Part shown: piece after piece, positions 1-9,006 of the stretch
Layout of the letters: every line of letters starts with the position of its first letter
Numbering within the stretch: the first letter of the stretch is position 1
Source: Syntrophales bacterium
GTDB lineage: Bacteria > Desulfobacterota > Syntrophia > Syntrophales > UBA2210
DNA: 64,000 nucleotides
Reading direction: 5' to 3'
NCBI GenBank assembly: GCA_963666365.2
Contig: CAXXNF010000001.1
Coordinates: 1,216,001 to 1,280,000, forward strand
Notes under the pieces: generated by a model
What the model was told of the DNA's origin: nothing
Databases searched by the model: none
Seen by the model: the letters and a program-made list of their open reading frames with translations, nothing else
Made by a program: the position numbers and the translations under genes

Positions 1-850
1 GATCCCGCCGCAGTATGCCCCCGATAATTGCGCGGGAAAGGGTGGCCGGCCAGCGGGGATCGAGATGTTCGTTTACGATATGGGCCGTCATCACCATATC
101 GGCCTTCCCCGATCCTATGAGGGCCGCAAAGGGCTCCAGTTCGCGGGCCGACCAGGTGCGGGTCACATCAACGAATCCCCTGTGAGAATCAGCGGTGGAA
201 CTTCCATGCCCGGGAAAATGCTTGATCGCCGAGAGCACCCCTCCGGCGTGGAAGGCGTCGATCATTGCCTCGGCATGGCGGATCACACAGGCGGGATCGG
301 AAGAGAAACTCCGCTCGATCTTTCCGATTATCGGGTTTTCCGGATTGACATTGAGATCGACAACGGGCGCGAAATTCAGATTTATTCCCAGGTGTCGGAG
401 CGTTTGAGCCGTAATTTCGGCAGCCTTTCCTGTCTCCTCGACGTTGTCGCGCCTTCCCAGGCACCCCTCAGAAATAGAGGGCGGAAAGCCGAACCGGTCC
501 TTCAGGCGGCAGACCTTTCCCCCTTCCTGGTCGACAGCCACGAAGAGGGGGGCTGTTGAGGCTTCCTTCAGCGTACGCACCAGTTTTTCCACCTGCGCAG
601 GAGAGGAGATGTTTCTCACGGGGCTTTTTGACGGCACGTCATAATCGAAAAGTACGACGCCGCCCACTCTCCCCGCACGAATATCCTGTACAATGGGACT
701 TTCTTCATCGACTTCACACCCTCGAAATCCCACCATGAGCATCTGGCCGATTTTCCCATCGATGTCCACCCTTTCGGCGAGAACCGGCGATGGGGGAAAA
801 AGGCAGGGCACAAAAATGCCGAGCAGCAAATAAATATATCGTATCGTCAT
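1..850 (-). CDS. Secreted glycoside hydrolase family 3, beta-N-acetylhexosaminidase (NagZ-like); 3' end runs off the window
   Basis: Absent from the ORF track because it has no stop codon inside the window. Manual minus-strand translation from ATG 850 gives MTIRYIYLLLGIFVPCLFPPSPVLA (signal peptide), then ...KIGQMLMVGF...GGVVLF...LFVAVDQEGGKV...KHFPGHGS. These are GH3/NagZ motifs. Confidence 0.9.
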   Translation of the reverse strand, partial: MTIRYIYLLLGIFVPCLFPPSPVLAERVDIDGKIGQMLMVGFRGCEVDEESPIVQDIRAGRVGGVVLFDYDVPSKSPVRNISSPAQVEKLVRTLKEASTAPLFVAVDQEGGKVCRLKDRFGFPPSISEGCLGRRDNVEETGKAAEITAQTLRHLGINLNFAPVVDLNVNPENPIIGKIERSFSSDPACVIRHAEAMIDAFHAGGVLSAIKHFPGHGSSTADSHRGFVDVTRTWSARELEPFAALIGSGKADMVMTAHIVNEHLDPRWPATLSRAIIGGILRRD

Positions 851-930
851 GCACGTGTTCCTGTTCGGTAGATCATGGAAAAGGCATCACATTGTGCGTC
901 ATTTATCGCGCCTGAAGGGAAAAGGATAGG

Positions 931-3234
931 CTATTTTTCCTTCATGACCCAGATGCCATTCCACTCGGCGCCGGTATCACGCTGCTTCAGTGTTTCGCAG
1001 CGCTTGATGTACATTTCCACCAATCCATCACGGCAATTCAGGCAGAGCGCCTCATTGAAGGCATCAATCGCCTTGTTCCAGGTCCCCTTCCGATAATACT
1101 CGAGACCGCTCTTGAACTGGCTCACCGCCTCCATGAGATTGGGAAAGCTTTCGTCGGTATGGTAATCGAGCACTTCATATATCGCCACCGGCTCGCTCTT
1201 CCCCTTGACGACAACCCGGTCGACCTCGCGGACACGATAGGTGCCGCGCAGTTTCTTGTAGGTGTTTTCACTGATGAGTATCTGCGCATGGTACTGCTTG
1301 CAGGCGCTTTCCAGTCGTGACGCCAGGTTTACGCCGTCGCCGATAAGGGTATAATCCATCCGCTTCGGCGATCCGATGTTTCCTGACACTACTGCATCCG
1401 TATTGAGGCCGACGCCTATGCGAACCTCCTTCTTTCCCTGGGAAAGCCGTTCGCGATTCCAGGCATCGAGATGGTTGATCATGGAAATGGCGGCCCGCAC
1501 GGCGCGGTCCTCATCGTCCCCGTGAGAAACAGGAATGCCGAAGGCAGCCATGATGGCATCACCGATAAATTTATCCAGCATACCGCCTTCCTGTTGAATG
1601 CACTCCACCATAATCGTGAAATACTCATTAAGAAGCGACACTGTCCCCTGGGCGCCCAGTTCCTCCGTCAGGTTGGTAAAACTCCGAATATCAGAAAAGA
1701 GAATGGTGGCCGTCTTGCTTGTGCCTCCCAGAATATCCTCGCCCCCCGCCAACAGCTGATCGGCAAGATCGGGATCCATGTAGCGTGACATGGTCGATTT
1801 CATCCGCTTTTCGCTGGTGATATCGTCAAATACGATCATGGAGCCGAGTTTCTTTTTTTCCGCACTCACAAGCGGCAGTACCGTCAGATTTACGGAAATG
1901 TTCTCACCGCCGAAGGCAAGCAGGGCATCCATGGTGACATCGGAGGTTTTACTCTCCTCGACACGGGTCACTTTTTCCAGAATCCAGGCATTGTTGCCGG
2001 CAAAAAACTCATCGGCCTTACGCCCGATAATATCAACCTCATGGACCTTCATGATCTTCATGCCCGCCGCATTGCAGGTGACGATTGCACCCTCTTCATT
2101 GAGGGTTACCACGCCGTTGGTCATGCTTTCGAGGATGCTTTCGCTGTAATTCTTCATATTCTGCACATCGTCGAAGAGCTTCGCGTTTTCGAGAGCGATC
2201 GAAATCTGTGCGGTAAACGCCTTGAGCCGGGCCTCATCTTCCTCAGTAAAGGGGCCGCCGATTTTGTTCAACACCTGGGTCACGCCGATTGTTTTTCCGC
2301 TTTTGTTGACTACCGGCACGCATAGAATTGAACGGGTAAAAAACCCCGTCTGTCTGTCGAATGACGGGTTGAATCGAAGATCGGCATAGGCATGGGGGAT
2401 ATTAACTGTTTTTCCCGAGGTAAAAACAGTCCCCGCAATACCCAGGTGATTGGGAAACCGAATCTCCGTGGCGCCCAACCCTTCACCCACCTTTGAAAAG
2501 AGTTCCTTTTTCTTTTCGTCATTGAGAAAGAGTGTGGACCGGTCCGCCTTGAGCATGCGCGTCGCCTCCGACATAACTTTCTGCAGAATCGCACTGAGAT
2601 CGATTTCCGAAATCACGTCGGCGACAATATCGAAAAACTCCATTTCCTGCAGGCGTGCACGCTGCATCTGCTCCACGAACTGCGTGCTCTGGAGGGTCAC
2701 CGCCGCCTGCGTCGTCATTGCCTCGAGCAATGCAAGATCGTGCGCGGTAAAACGACCCGTTTTTTTATTTAGAGCCTGTGCAACACCGATAATCTCTCCC
2801 TTGGCCGTCTTGATGGGAGCGCAAAGAATCGATCGTGTCACAAAACCGGTTTGTTCGTCGACAGTGCTGTTGAACCGGGGATCGGCATAGGCATTGTGGA
2901 CGATCGTTCCTACGCCGGAGACAAAGACATCACCGGCGACTCCGGAGTTATTGAGAATTCGGATTTCCCGTTTGAATGATCCCTGGGCCACACGAGAGTA
3001 CAGTTCGTCCGTTTCTTTATCATTTAAAAAAATGGTGCCGCGCTCTGCGTCAAGTTCCCGCGTAGTTATCTCAACCAGCGTTTTGAGCATTTCATCGAGG
3101 GTTTCAAAGGCGGAGATCGTTTTCGACACAGTGAGCAGCATCTCCGCCTGATGCAGCTTTATGCCCATCCCCTCCGGCGCCGCGTCGTCCTGGGGACCGG
3201 AAACCGCCACGTTATGCCTGTCAGCCTCTTTCAT
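931..3234 (-). CDS. Class III adenylate cyclase with GAF-GAF-PAS-catalytic architecture (CyaB-like)
   Basis: Two GAF repeats ending LNKK..F...D and LNK..PFTEEDE, a PAS-like segment, and catalytic motifs FSDIRSFT, LDKFIGDA and YTLIGDGVNLASRLE. Confidence 0.92.
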   Translation of the reverse strand: MKEADRHNVAVSGPQDDAAPEGMGIKLHQAEMLLTVSKTISAFETLDEMLKTLVEITTRELDAERGTIFLNDKETDELYSRVAQGSFKREIRILNNSGVAGDVFVSGVGTIVHNAYADPRFNSTVDEQTGFVTRSILCAPIKTAKGEIIGVAQALNKKTGRFTAHDLALLEAMTTQAAVTLQSTQFVEQMQRARLQEMEFFDIVADVISEIDLSAILQKVMSEATRMLKADRSTLFLNDEKKKELFSKVGEGLGATEIRFPNHLGIAGTVFTSGKTVNIPHAYADLRFNPSFDRQTGFFTRSILCVPVVNKSGKTIGVTQVLNKIGGPFTEEDEARLKAFTAQISIALENAKLFDDVQNMKNYSESILESMTNGVVTLNEEGAIVTCNAAGMKIMKVHEVDIIGRKADEFFAGNNAWILEKVTRVEESKTSDVTMDALLAFGGENISVNLTVLPLVSAEKKKLGSMIVFDDITSEKRMKSTMSRYMDPDLADQLLAGGEDILGGTSKTATILFSDIRSFTNLTEELGAQGTVSLLNEYFTIMVECIQQEGGMLDKFIGDAIMAAFGIPVSHGDDEDRAVRAAISMINHLDAWNRERLSQGKKEVRIGVGLNTDAVVSGNIGSPKRMDYTLIGDGVNLASRLESACKQYHAQILISENTYKKLRGTYRVREVDRVVVKGKSEPVAIYEVLDYHTDESFPNLMEAVSQFKSGLEYYRKGTWNKAIDAFNEALCLNCRDGLVEMYIKRCETLKQRDTGAEWNGIWVMKEK

Positions 3235-3664
3235 GAATTTCCTCTAATTTCATTCGCATCTGCTGAATAGTTTCCTTCAGATGTTCACATTCGCTCCGTG
3301 CATCCCGCCTGAAGGCCTGAACGCGCTCATCGCAGTCGGCTCTGGTACGTTCAAGTTCGGCTCGAAGCGCCATAATTGTGTCTTTCAGTTGCTCGATTTC
3401 GGCATTTGCCGCCACCACTGCTTTTTGCACACTCTCGGCCTTTTCAATAGAGGCCTTTTCCAGCTCTTCGCGCAATGACACGATGGCCGCTTTCAGTTGG
3501 GAAATTTCACTATTCGCACCTGCAAGGGCGCGCTGAACCGCCTCTTCGCGGGCAATCTGCATCTTTTCCAGTTCGCTGCGCAGGGCCTGAATCGTCTGTT
3601 GCAGGTCTCGTTTTTCGGTATGCAGCTCATAGAGCTCTGCTTCCCGTTCTTCCGAAGATTTCAT
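3221..3664 (-). CDS. Coiled-coil protein built from about 3.5 copies of a 36-aa repeat
   Basis: The E/K/Q/L-rich helical repeat is visible in the translation. The gene overlaps the cyclase start by 14 nt. Confidence 0.75.
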   Translation of the reverse strand: MKSSEEREAELYELHTEKRDLQQTIQALRSELEKMQIAREEAVQRALAGANSEISQLKAAIVSLREELEKASIEKAESVQKAVVAANAEIEQLKDTIMALRAELERTRADCDERVQAFRRDARSECEHLKETIQQMRMKLEEIHERG

Positions 3665-3822
3665 GCTATCCGCACCCTCGCGCGTACATCCAAAGCCCCC
3701 ATGTCATGATGCCGCGCCTCATTAATAGGGGCAGTCTAAAACAGTTTTGATCTCCTGTCAAAGCGATACCCATGGACGTATATATTCCGGAGATGTGCAC
3801 TCTTCAGGAGACGCTCCGCTTT

Positions 3823-4908
3823 TCACCCTCGGTATCGCCGCACCTTCATCTCGCCGTTCAGAACCCCGAGGGCGCTCATCGCCAGCGCACGCATCTCGTC
3901 TTCGCCGGCAAAGACAAAAAGGGGAGCGATAAAGCGTGTGTCGCCAGTGATCCATCGCAGAAGCATCCTTGAGCGGGCCAACCCTCCCGTCAGCACAATG
4001 CCGTCCACCTTCCCCCTGAGCACCACGCTCATAGCGCCGATATATTTGCCTATCTGATAGGCCATGGCACGATAGACCAGGCGGGCCTTTCGATCGCCCG
4101 CCTGTATCATTGCTTCCACCGTCTCTGCCGACGCCGTTCCGCAATAGGACACCAGGCCGCCGGCGCCGACAACCATCCTTTTCAGCGCCTCTTTATCGAA
4201 TCGATCCGATGAAAGCAGTTCTATTACCTCAAGCACAGGAAGCCCACCGGCACGCTCCGGAGTAAAGGGGCCTTCGCTGAGACCGTGGGTGCTGTCGATC
4301 ACACGCCCCTTTCGATGAGCGCCCACGGTAATGCCGCCGCCCAGGTGAGCGACCACAAGATTGACTTCTTCATATTTTCGGCCCAGCCGCACCGCCGCTT
4401 TTCGTGCCGCCGCTTTCTGGTTCAACGCATGAAGGGCGCTCTTTCGTTCGATATCCCTCAATCCCGATATGCGCGCCACCGGTTGAAATTCATCGGTGCT
4501 TGGGGGGTCGGCGACAATCGCACCTACCCCCCGGCTTCGGGCAAAGGCCAGGGCTATGGGCGGCCCCAGGGCCGACTGATGAACTCCATAACGCCCCTCG
4601 CGCAAATCATTACACATTCTTTCATTAATCTCATACACCCCTGCCGGCCCGGGACGCATCAGCCCTCCCCTGCTGATCACAATATCGATCCTGTGGCCGT
4701 CGCGCTCCTGCCTATGGGCAAAGCGCAGGAAATCCTTCCTTCGTCTTTCAAACTCCTCCTGCGGCCCGCACTGGCAGTTCCTCTCGGTAGACCTGTAGTA
4801 AAGTGATTCCTCTGCGATCCGCTTCATACCCTTGAAAAATGAAAGCTTCGTCGACGTCGATCCTATATTGAGGACAAGAATCCCTGCGTCAGTTTTTCGT
4901 GGTTTCAT
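3823..4908 (-). CDS. buk: Butyrate kinase
   Basis: Motifs N.GSTSTK, RGG, HALNQKA, HLGGGITVGAH, GPFTPERAG, LTGGLA and GEDEM. Adjacent to a ptb-like gene. Confidence 0.93.
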   Translation of the reverse strand: MKPRKTDAGILVLNIGSTSTKLSFFKGMKRIAEESLYYRSTERNCQCGPQEEFERRRKDFLRFAHRQERDGHRIDIVISRGGLMRPGPAGVYEINERMCNDLREGRYGVHQSALGPPIALAFARSRGVGAIVADPPSTDEFQPVARISGLRDIERKSALHALNQKAAARKAAVRLGRKYEEVNLVVAHLGGGITVGAHRKGRVIDSTHGLSEGPFTPERAGGLPVLEVIELLSSDRFDKEALKRMVVGAGGLVSYCGTASAETVEAMIQAGDRKARLVYRAMAYQIGKYIGAMSVVLRGKVDGIVLTGGLARSRMLLRWITGDTRFIAPLFVFAGEDEMRALAMSALGVLNGEMKVRRYRG

Positions 4909-5806
4909 GAGCACTCTCGCACATCAGGGAGGCCAGGGCCAGATCGGCCATGCCCGTTCCTCCGGGAATAAAAGGAACGTTGAGGATCGCCGGACAGCGA
5001 ACCCCGGCGACAATTCCCGCAACCTGAAACCTGCCGATAAAGGTTAACAGTTGCGCAAGGGCATAGCCCGATTCGATGTCGGGGGTCATGTATATATGAC
5101 AGTCTCCCGCCACCGGACTGCGCACCCCCTTTCTTCGTGCCGCATTGCCGTCGAGGGCGCAATCGATATCGATAGGCCCTTCGACGACGGCTCTGCCGAA
5201 TCGCCCCCGTTCCGACATTTTGGACAATGCCGCCGCATCCAGGGTTGAGGGTATCTGAGGATTCACCTGCTCGATCGAGGTCAGAGCCGCGACATGGGGG
5301 CGCTCCATGCCAAGCATGGCGGCCACGGCAAGGGCATTTTCCACGATCATGACCTTTTCCACAAGGGAAGGGGAATCGTTAAGATAGGCATCGGTGACCA
5401 TGGCCAATCGGTTTCTTGCCGCCAGTTCAAAAAGCGCCACATAGCTGGGAAGGCAATTTTTCTTGCCCAGTCCCTTCGGATCAAGCACAGTCCTCACGAA
5501 TGCCGCCTGCGCGACGGCGCCCTGCATAATCATGTCGGCGTTCCCGGATTTCACGATTTCCACGGCTCGGCAGAGGGCCTCTTCTTCACTTTGCGTTGTT
5601 ACTGTTTCCGCCTGCATTTCCGAAAGGATTTCGCGGCACCCCTCCAGATCCTGCTCTCTCCCTACAAACAGAGGGCTGATGAATCCCGCTGCAGAGGCTT
5701 TAAGAATCTCATTGACCACATAACCGGAGGGACGACAGACTACCACGAGCCTTCGGCATGGTCCCTTTTTCGCTTTTTTGATGATATCGGCAAATGATGT
5801 CAGCAT
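4889..5806 (-). CDS. Phosphate acyltransferase (Ptb-like), divergent
   Basis: PTA/PTB-type features: P.L.EK..I..NA, E.VNP..PST.DAA.LSKM..RG, EGP...D.A and PDIESG. Overlaps buk. The C-terminal SR motif is absent (see findings). Confidence 0.8.
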   Translation of the reverse strand: MLTSFADIIKKAKKGPCRRLVVVCRPSGYVVNEILKASAAGFISPLFVGREQDLEGCREILSEMQAETVTTQSEEEALCRAVEIVKSGNADMIMQGAVAQAAFVRTVLDPKGLGKKNCLPSYVALFELAARNRLAMVTDAYLNDSPSLVEKVMIVENALAVAAMLGMERPHVAALTSIEQVNPQIPSTLDAAALSKMSERGRFGRAVVEGPIDIDCALDGNAARRKGVRSPVAGDCHIYMTPDIESGYALAQLLTFIGRFQVAGIVAGVRCPAILNVPFIPGGTGMADLALASLMCESAHETTKN

Positions 5807-5836
5807 GTTCCCTGAACCACTCCTCCTTCAATATGA

Positions 5837-6433
5837 TCAGGAGAGTGTTGCCCGTCTTAAATCATCCCGTGTATTGAGGTTCCGAAACATTTTGCCCTCT
5901 TCGTCGAAGGATGTAATTACCGACTCCGGAATTTCCTTCGTTTTGCACTGTTTATAGAACCCCCGGATCTTCAGCAGATCCTGATCAATAAGCCTGCGGA
6001 TGAAGGGAAGACATTTTTTTGAATAGATCGCATGAAGGGGCTGAAGCCCCGAGGCAAGGGATGGAACCAGAATATCGTAGGTACGTGGCTGCACCTTCAT
6101 GTAAGAAATAAATTCTTTATTAAGGAAGGGCATGTCGCAGGGTGTCGCGAAGGTGTGTTCGAAGGCGGCGTAAAAAAGCCCCGTATAGAGCCCGCCGAGA
6201 GGACCCTTGCCGGGGAAGATGTCAGTGACGATTTTAACGTCAAACTCCACATAGGCAAGGGGATCGTTGGTCACCACAATCGTTTCCTCGAATGACTCGC
6301 GGAAGATTCCGATAGTCCGCTCAATTATACGCGTACCCTCCACTTCGAGAAAGGCCTTGTTTTCACCCATGCGCCGGTTCTTTCCCCCGGATAGAATGAT
6401 CCCCGTCATGGCCTCACTGTGCTTCTCGGACAC
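5837..6433 (-). CDS. mobA: Molybdenum cofactor guanylyltransferase
   Basis: Motifs ILSGGKNRRMGENKA, GPLGG, CDMPF, QPLHAIY and F.N.NT..D. Confidence 0.92.
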   Translation of the reverse strand: MSEKHSEAMTGIILSGGKNRRMGENKAFLEVEGTRIIERTIGIFRESFEETIVVTNDPLAYVEFDVKIVTDIFPGKGPLGGLYTGLFYAAFEHTFATPCDMPFLNKEFISYMKVQPRTYDILVPSLASGLQPLHAIYSKKCLPFIRRLIDQDLLKIRGFYKQCKTKEIPESVITSFDEEGKMFRNLNTRDDLRRATLS

Positions 6434-6637
6434 CGTCGCTCACTCTCTTTTCTATCAATATCCGTGGCTATACACAAGCTCGCTCAGCCTGTCAACATTT
6501 CTTCTTTTCTTACCGATATTCCCATTTTTCGTGAGAGAACGCCTTACCACATCTGAAACGGGTTTCTTTTTCATCTAATCTGTGCTTATATGTGGCCGTC
6601 TTGTTCCGACAAGGCATCCTCTTCGAGAGGAATGGCC

Positions 6638-8173
6638 ATGAAACAGAATACTATTACTAAAAAAGCATCTGTCCATATCAGCTCATCGCTTCAAGGAAAA
6701 CCCGACGGCGACGCTCCGCACCTCGACGGTCCCTTTGATGAGGATTTCTACAAAATTCTGGCCAATAATTCCCAGGTCGGCGTGTATATCATGCAGGAAG
6801 GGAAATTTCTCTTTGTCAACACACGCATTCTCGATTACTCCGGCTATGTGGAAGAAGAGCTGCTTGCACTGAACTCGACCGACATCATTCACCCCCAGGA
6901 CAGAGCGATGGTAGCCAAGCAGGCAAGCCGCATGCTGAAGGGCCAGAGGTTTTCCCCTTATGAATTCAGAGTCATCACCCGGGACGGGCGCGTAAAGTGG
7001 ATTATGGAGACAATCACATCCATAAGCTTCAGGGGATCGCAGGCCATCCTGGGCAATTCCATGGATATTACCGAGCAAAAGGAAGCGCGCAAACGCCTTG
7101 AAGAACTGGAAGCCCTGGAATCCTCTATTCTTGACGCCATCCCTCAGGCGGTGGTGGGGCTGCACAACCGACGCATCAATTTTGCGAATCACGCCGTCAG
7201 AAACATATTCGGCTGGAGCAGGGAGGAACTCATCGGTAAATACGTAACCATATTCTACCGCAATGACGATGACGCCGATACGATTGCCCGTCTTTTCTAC
7301 ACAACACTGGAAACACAGAGAACCTTTATTACCGAATTCCCCTGCAGGCGAAAAGACGGCCGTGAAATTCTCTGCAGGATGAAAGCGTCCCGTATCGGTG
7401 AGAAACTTCGGGAACGGCGCATTGTCATAACCTACGAAGACATCACCGAGCAGAAAAAGGCGGAGGAAGAACTCGAGCGCTCCCATGAAGAACTGAGAAG
7501 TCTTTCCACGCACCTGCAACTGGTACGCGAAAAGGAAAGCACCCGCATCGCCCGCAGGATTCATGACGAGCTGGGGCAATCACTGACGGCTCTCCAGATG
7601 GACCTTTCCTGGCTGGATAACCGGCTGCCGAAGCGATCAACTGTCCTCCGGGAAAAGGCAGGAAAAATGGCCCGTCTGGTCGACTCCACCATTGACAGTG
7701 TGCACAGGATCTCCACGGAGCTGCGACCGATCCTGCTCGACGATCTGGGACTTCTTGCGGCGATTGAATGGCAGGCCAATGACTTTCAGAACCGGTCGGG
7801 CATTGCCTGCGAGGTGACCTTTGACTGCAGGGAACGGTCGATCAACAAAGATGCGGCCACCGCCCTGTTTCGCATTTTTCAGGAGACCCTTACCAATGTC
7901 GCCCGCCATGCCAGTGCCACCGCTGTCGCTTTGACATTGAAGGAAACGGGAAACGAACTTATCATGGAGGTTGCCGACAACGGGCGCGGCATTACGGACG
8001 AACAGATTGAAGATTCCAGTTCCTTCGGAATAATGGGCATGCGGGAACGGGCCAACTTTTTGGGCGGCGCCGTTCATCTTAAGGGACAACACTTCAGGGG
8101 AACGACGGTCAGTGTCACCATTCCACTGCACCAGGAAGGAGCATCCGATGATACGCATTCTCGTGGCCGATGA
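6638..8173 (+). CDS. Cytoplasmic PAS-PAS sensor histidine kinase (HisKA_3, NarX/UhpB type)
   Basis: Two PAS/PAC blocks, H-box RIARRIHDELGQ, N-box FQETLTNVARHA, DNGRG and G..GMRER. The start could also be 6632. Confidence 0.92.
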   Translation: MKQNTITKKASVHISSSLQGKPDGDAPHLDGPFDEDFYKILANNSQVGVYIMQEGKFLFVNTRILDYSGYVEEELLALNSTDIIHPQDRAMVAKQASRMLKGQRFSPYEFRVITRDGRVKWIMETITSISFRGSQAILGNSMDITEQKEARKRLEELEALESSILDAIPQAVVGLHNRRINFANHAVRNIFGWSREELIGKYVTIFYRNDDDADTIARLFYTTLETQRTFITEFPCRRKDGREILCRMKASRIGEKLRERRIVITYEDITEQKKAEEELERSHEELRSLSTHLQLVREKESTRIARRIHDELGQSLTALQMDLSWLDNRLPKRSTVLREKAGKMARLVDSTIDSVHRISTELRPILLDDLGLLAAIEWQANDFQNRSGIACEVTFDCRERSINKDAATALFRIFQETLTNVARHASATAVALTLKETGNELIMEVADNGRGITDEQIEDSSSFGIMGMRERANFLGGAVHLKGQHFRGTTVSVTIPLHQEGASDDTHSRGR

Positions 8174-8777
8174 TCACGCCGTTGTGCGCGAAGGGGTAAA
8201 ACAGATAATTGCCGATGTCCGCGACATGGAGGTAAAAGACGAAGCGACCAACGGCCAGGAAACACTGCATAAAATATCGAAGCACTCCTATGACGTGATC
8301 CTTCTGGATATTTCAATGCCGGGCAGAAGCGGCCTCGAAGTCCTGGAAGAGATCAAGAATCAGTACCCCCGGCTTCCCGTACTGATACTCAGTATGCATC
8401 CCGAAGAACAGTACGCCGTAAGAGCGTTACGCGCCGGTGCATCGGGCTATCTTACAAAGGCAAGCGCGCCCCAGGAACTGATCGGCGCCATACGCAAGGC
8501 ATCTATGGGAGGCAAGTATGTCACCCAGTCTCTGGCGGAAAAACTGGCGCTGGAGCTCGATCTGGGAACCGAGAAGCCTCGTCACGAACTGCTCTCAAAC
8601 CGCGAATATCAGGTGATGCTCATGATTGCTTCCGGCAAATCGGTCACGGAAATAGCAGCCGACCTGTGCCTGAGCGTGAAAACCATCAGCACCTATCGGG
8701 GACGCATCATGGAAAAGATGGCCATGAAAAAAAATGCCGAACTCACCCTTTATGCCGTAGAGAACAAGCTGCTCTGA
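8148..8777 (+). CDS. NarL/UvrY-family response regulator (REC plus LuxR HTH)
   Basis: IRILVADDH, LDISMPG and LSNREYQV...SVKTISTYR. Overlaps the kinase gene. Confidence 0.95.
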   Translation: MIRILVADDHAVVREGVKQIIADVRDMEVKDEATNGQETLHKISKHSYDVILLDISMPGRSGLEVLEEIKNQYPRLPVLILSMHPEEQYAVRALRAGASGYLTKASAPQELIGAIRKASMGGKYVTQSLAEKLALELDLGTEKPRHELLSNREYQVMLMIASGKSVTEIAADLCLSVKTISTYRGRIMEKMAMKKNAELTLYAVENKLL

Positions 8778-9006
8778 ACCGCTCATCGTGTAAGATAAAT
8801 CCCGCCGATATCTCAGGCGCCACTACACTAAAAGTCAGACAAATACCGTCATACTGTGTATCGACCTTCCGACAGAAGAAAGAGACACCGCCCGATAGAT
8901 TCTCTATGACAGTCGTGCTAGACACTCTATACTCCTTGATTTCATGGAACCTACGGTCTTAGGGGGGGCGGAAGACCTTAGAGCAAATTGATGCAGAGGT
9001 AGAGTC

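Noticed and set aside
65..813. Short ORFs listed in the track at the window start
   Set aside because: All overlap the GH3 gene on the minus strand, which the track omitted because it lacks a stop codon in the window.
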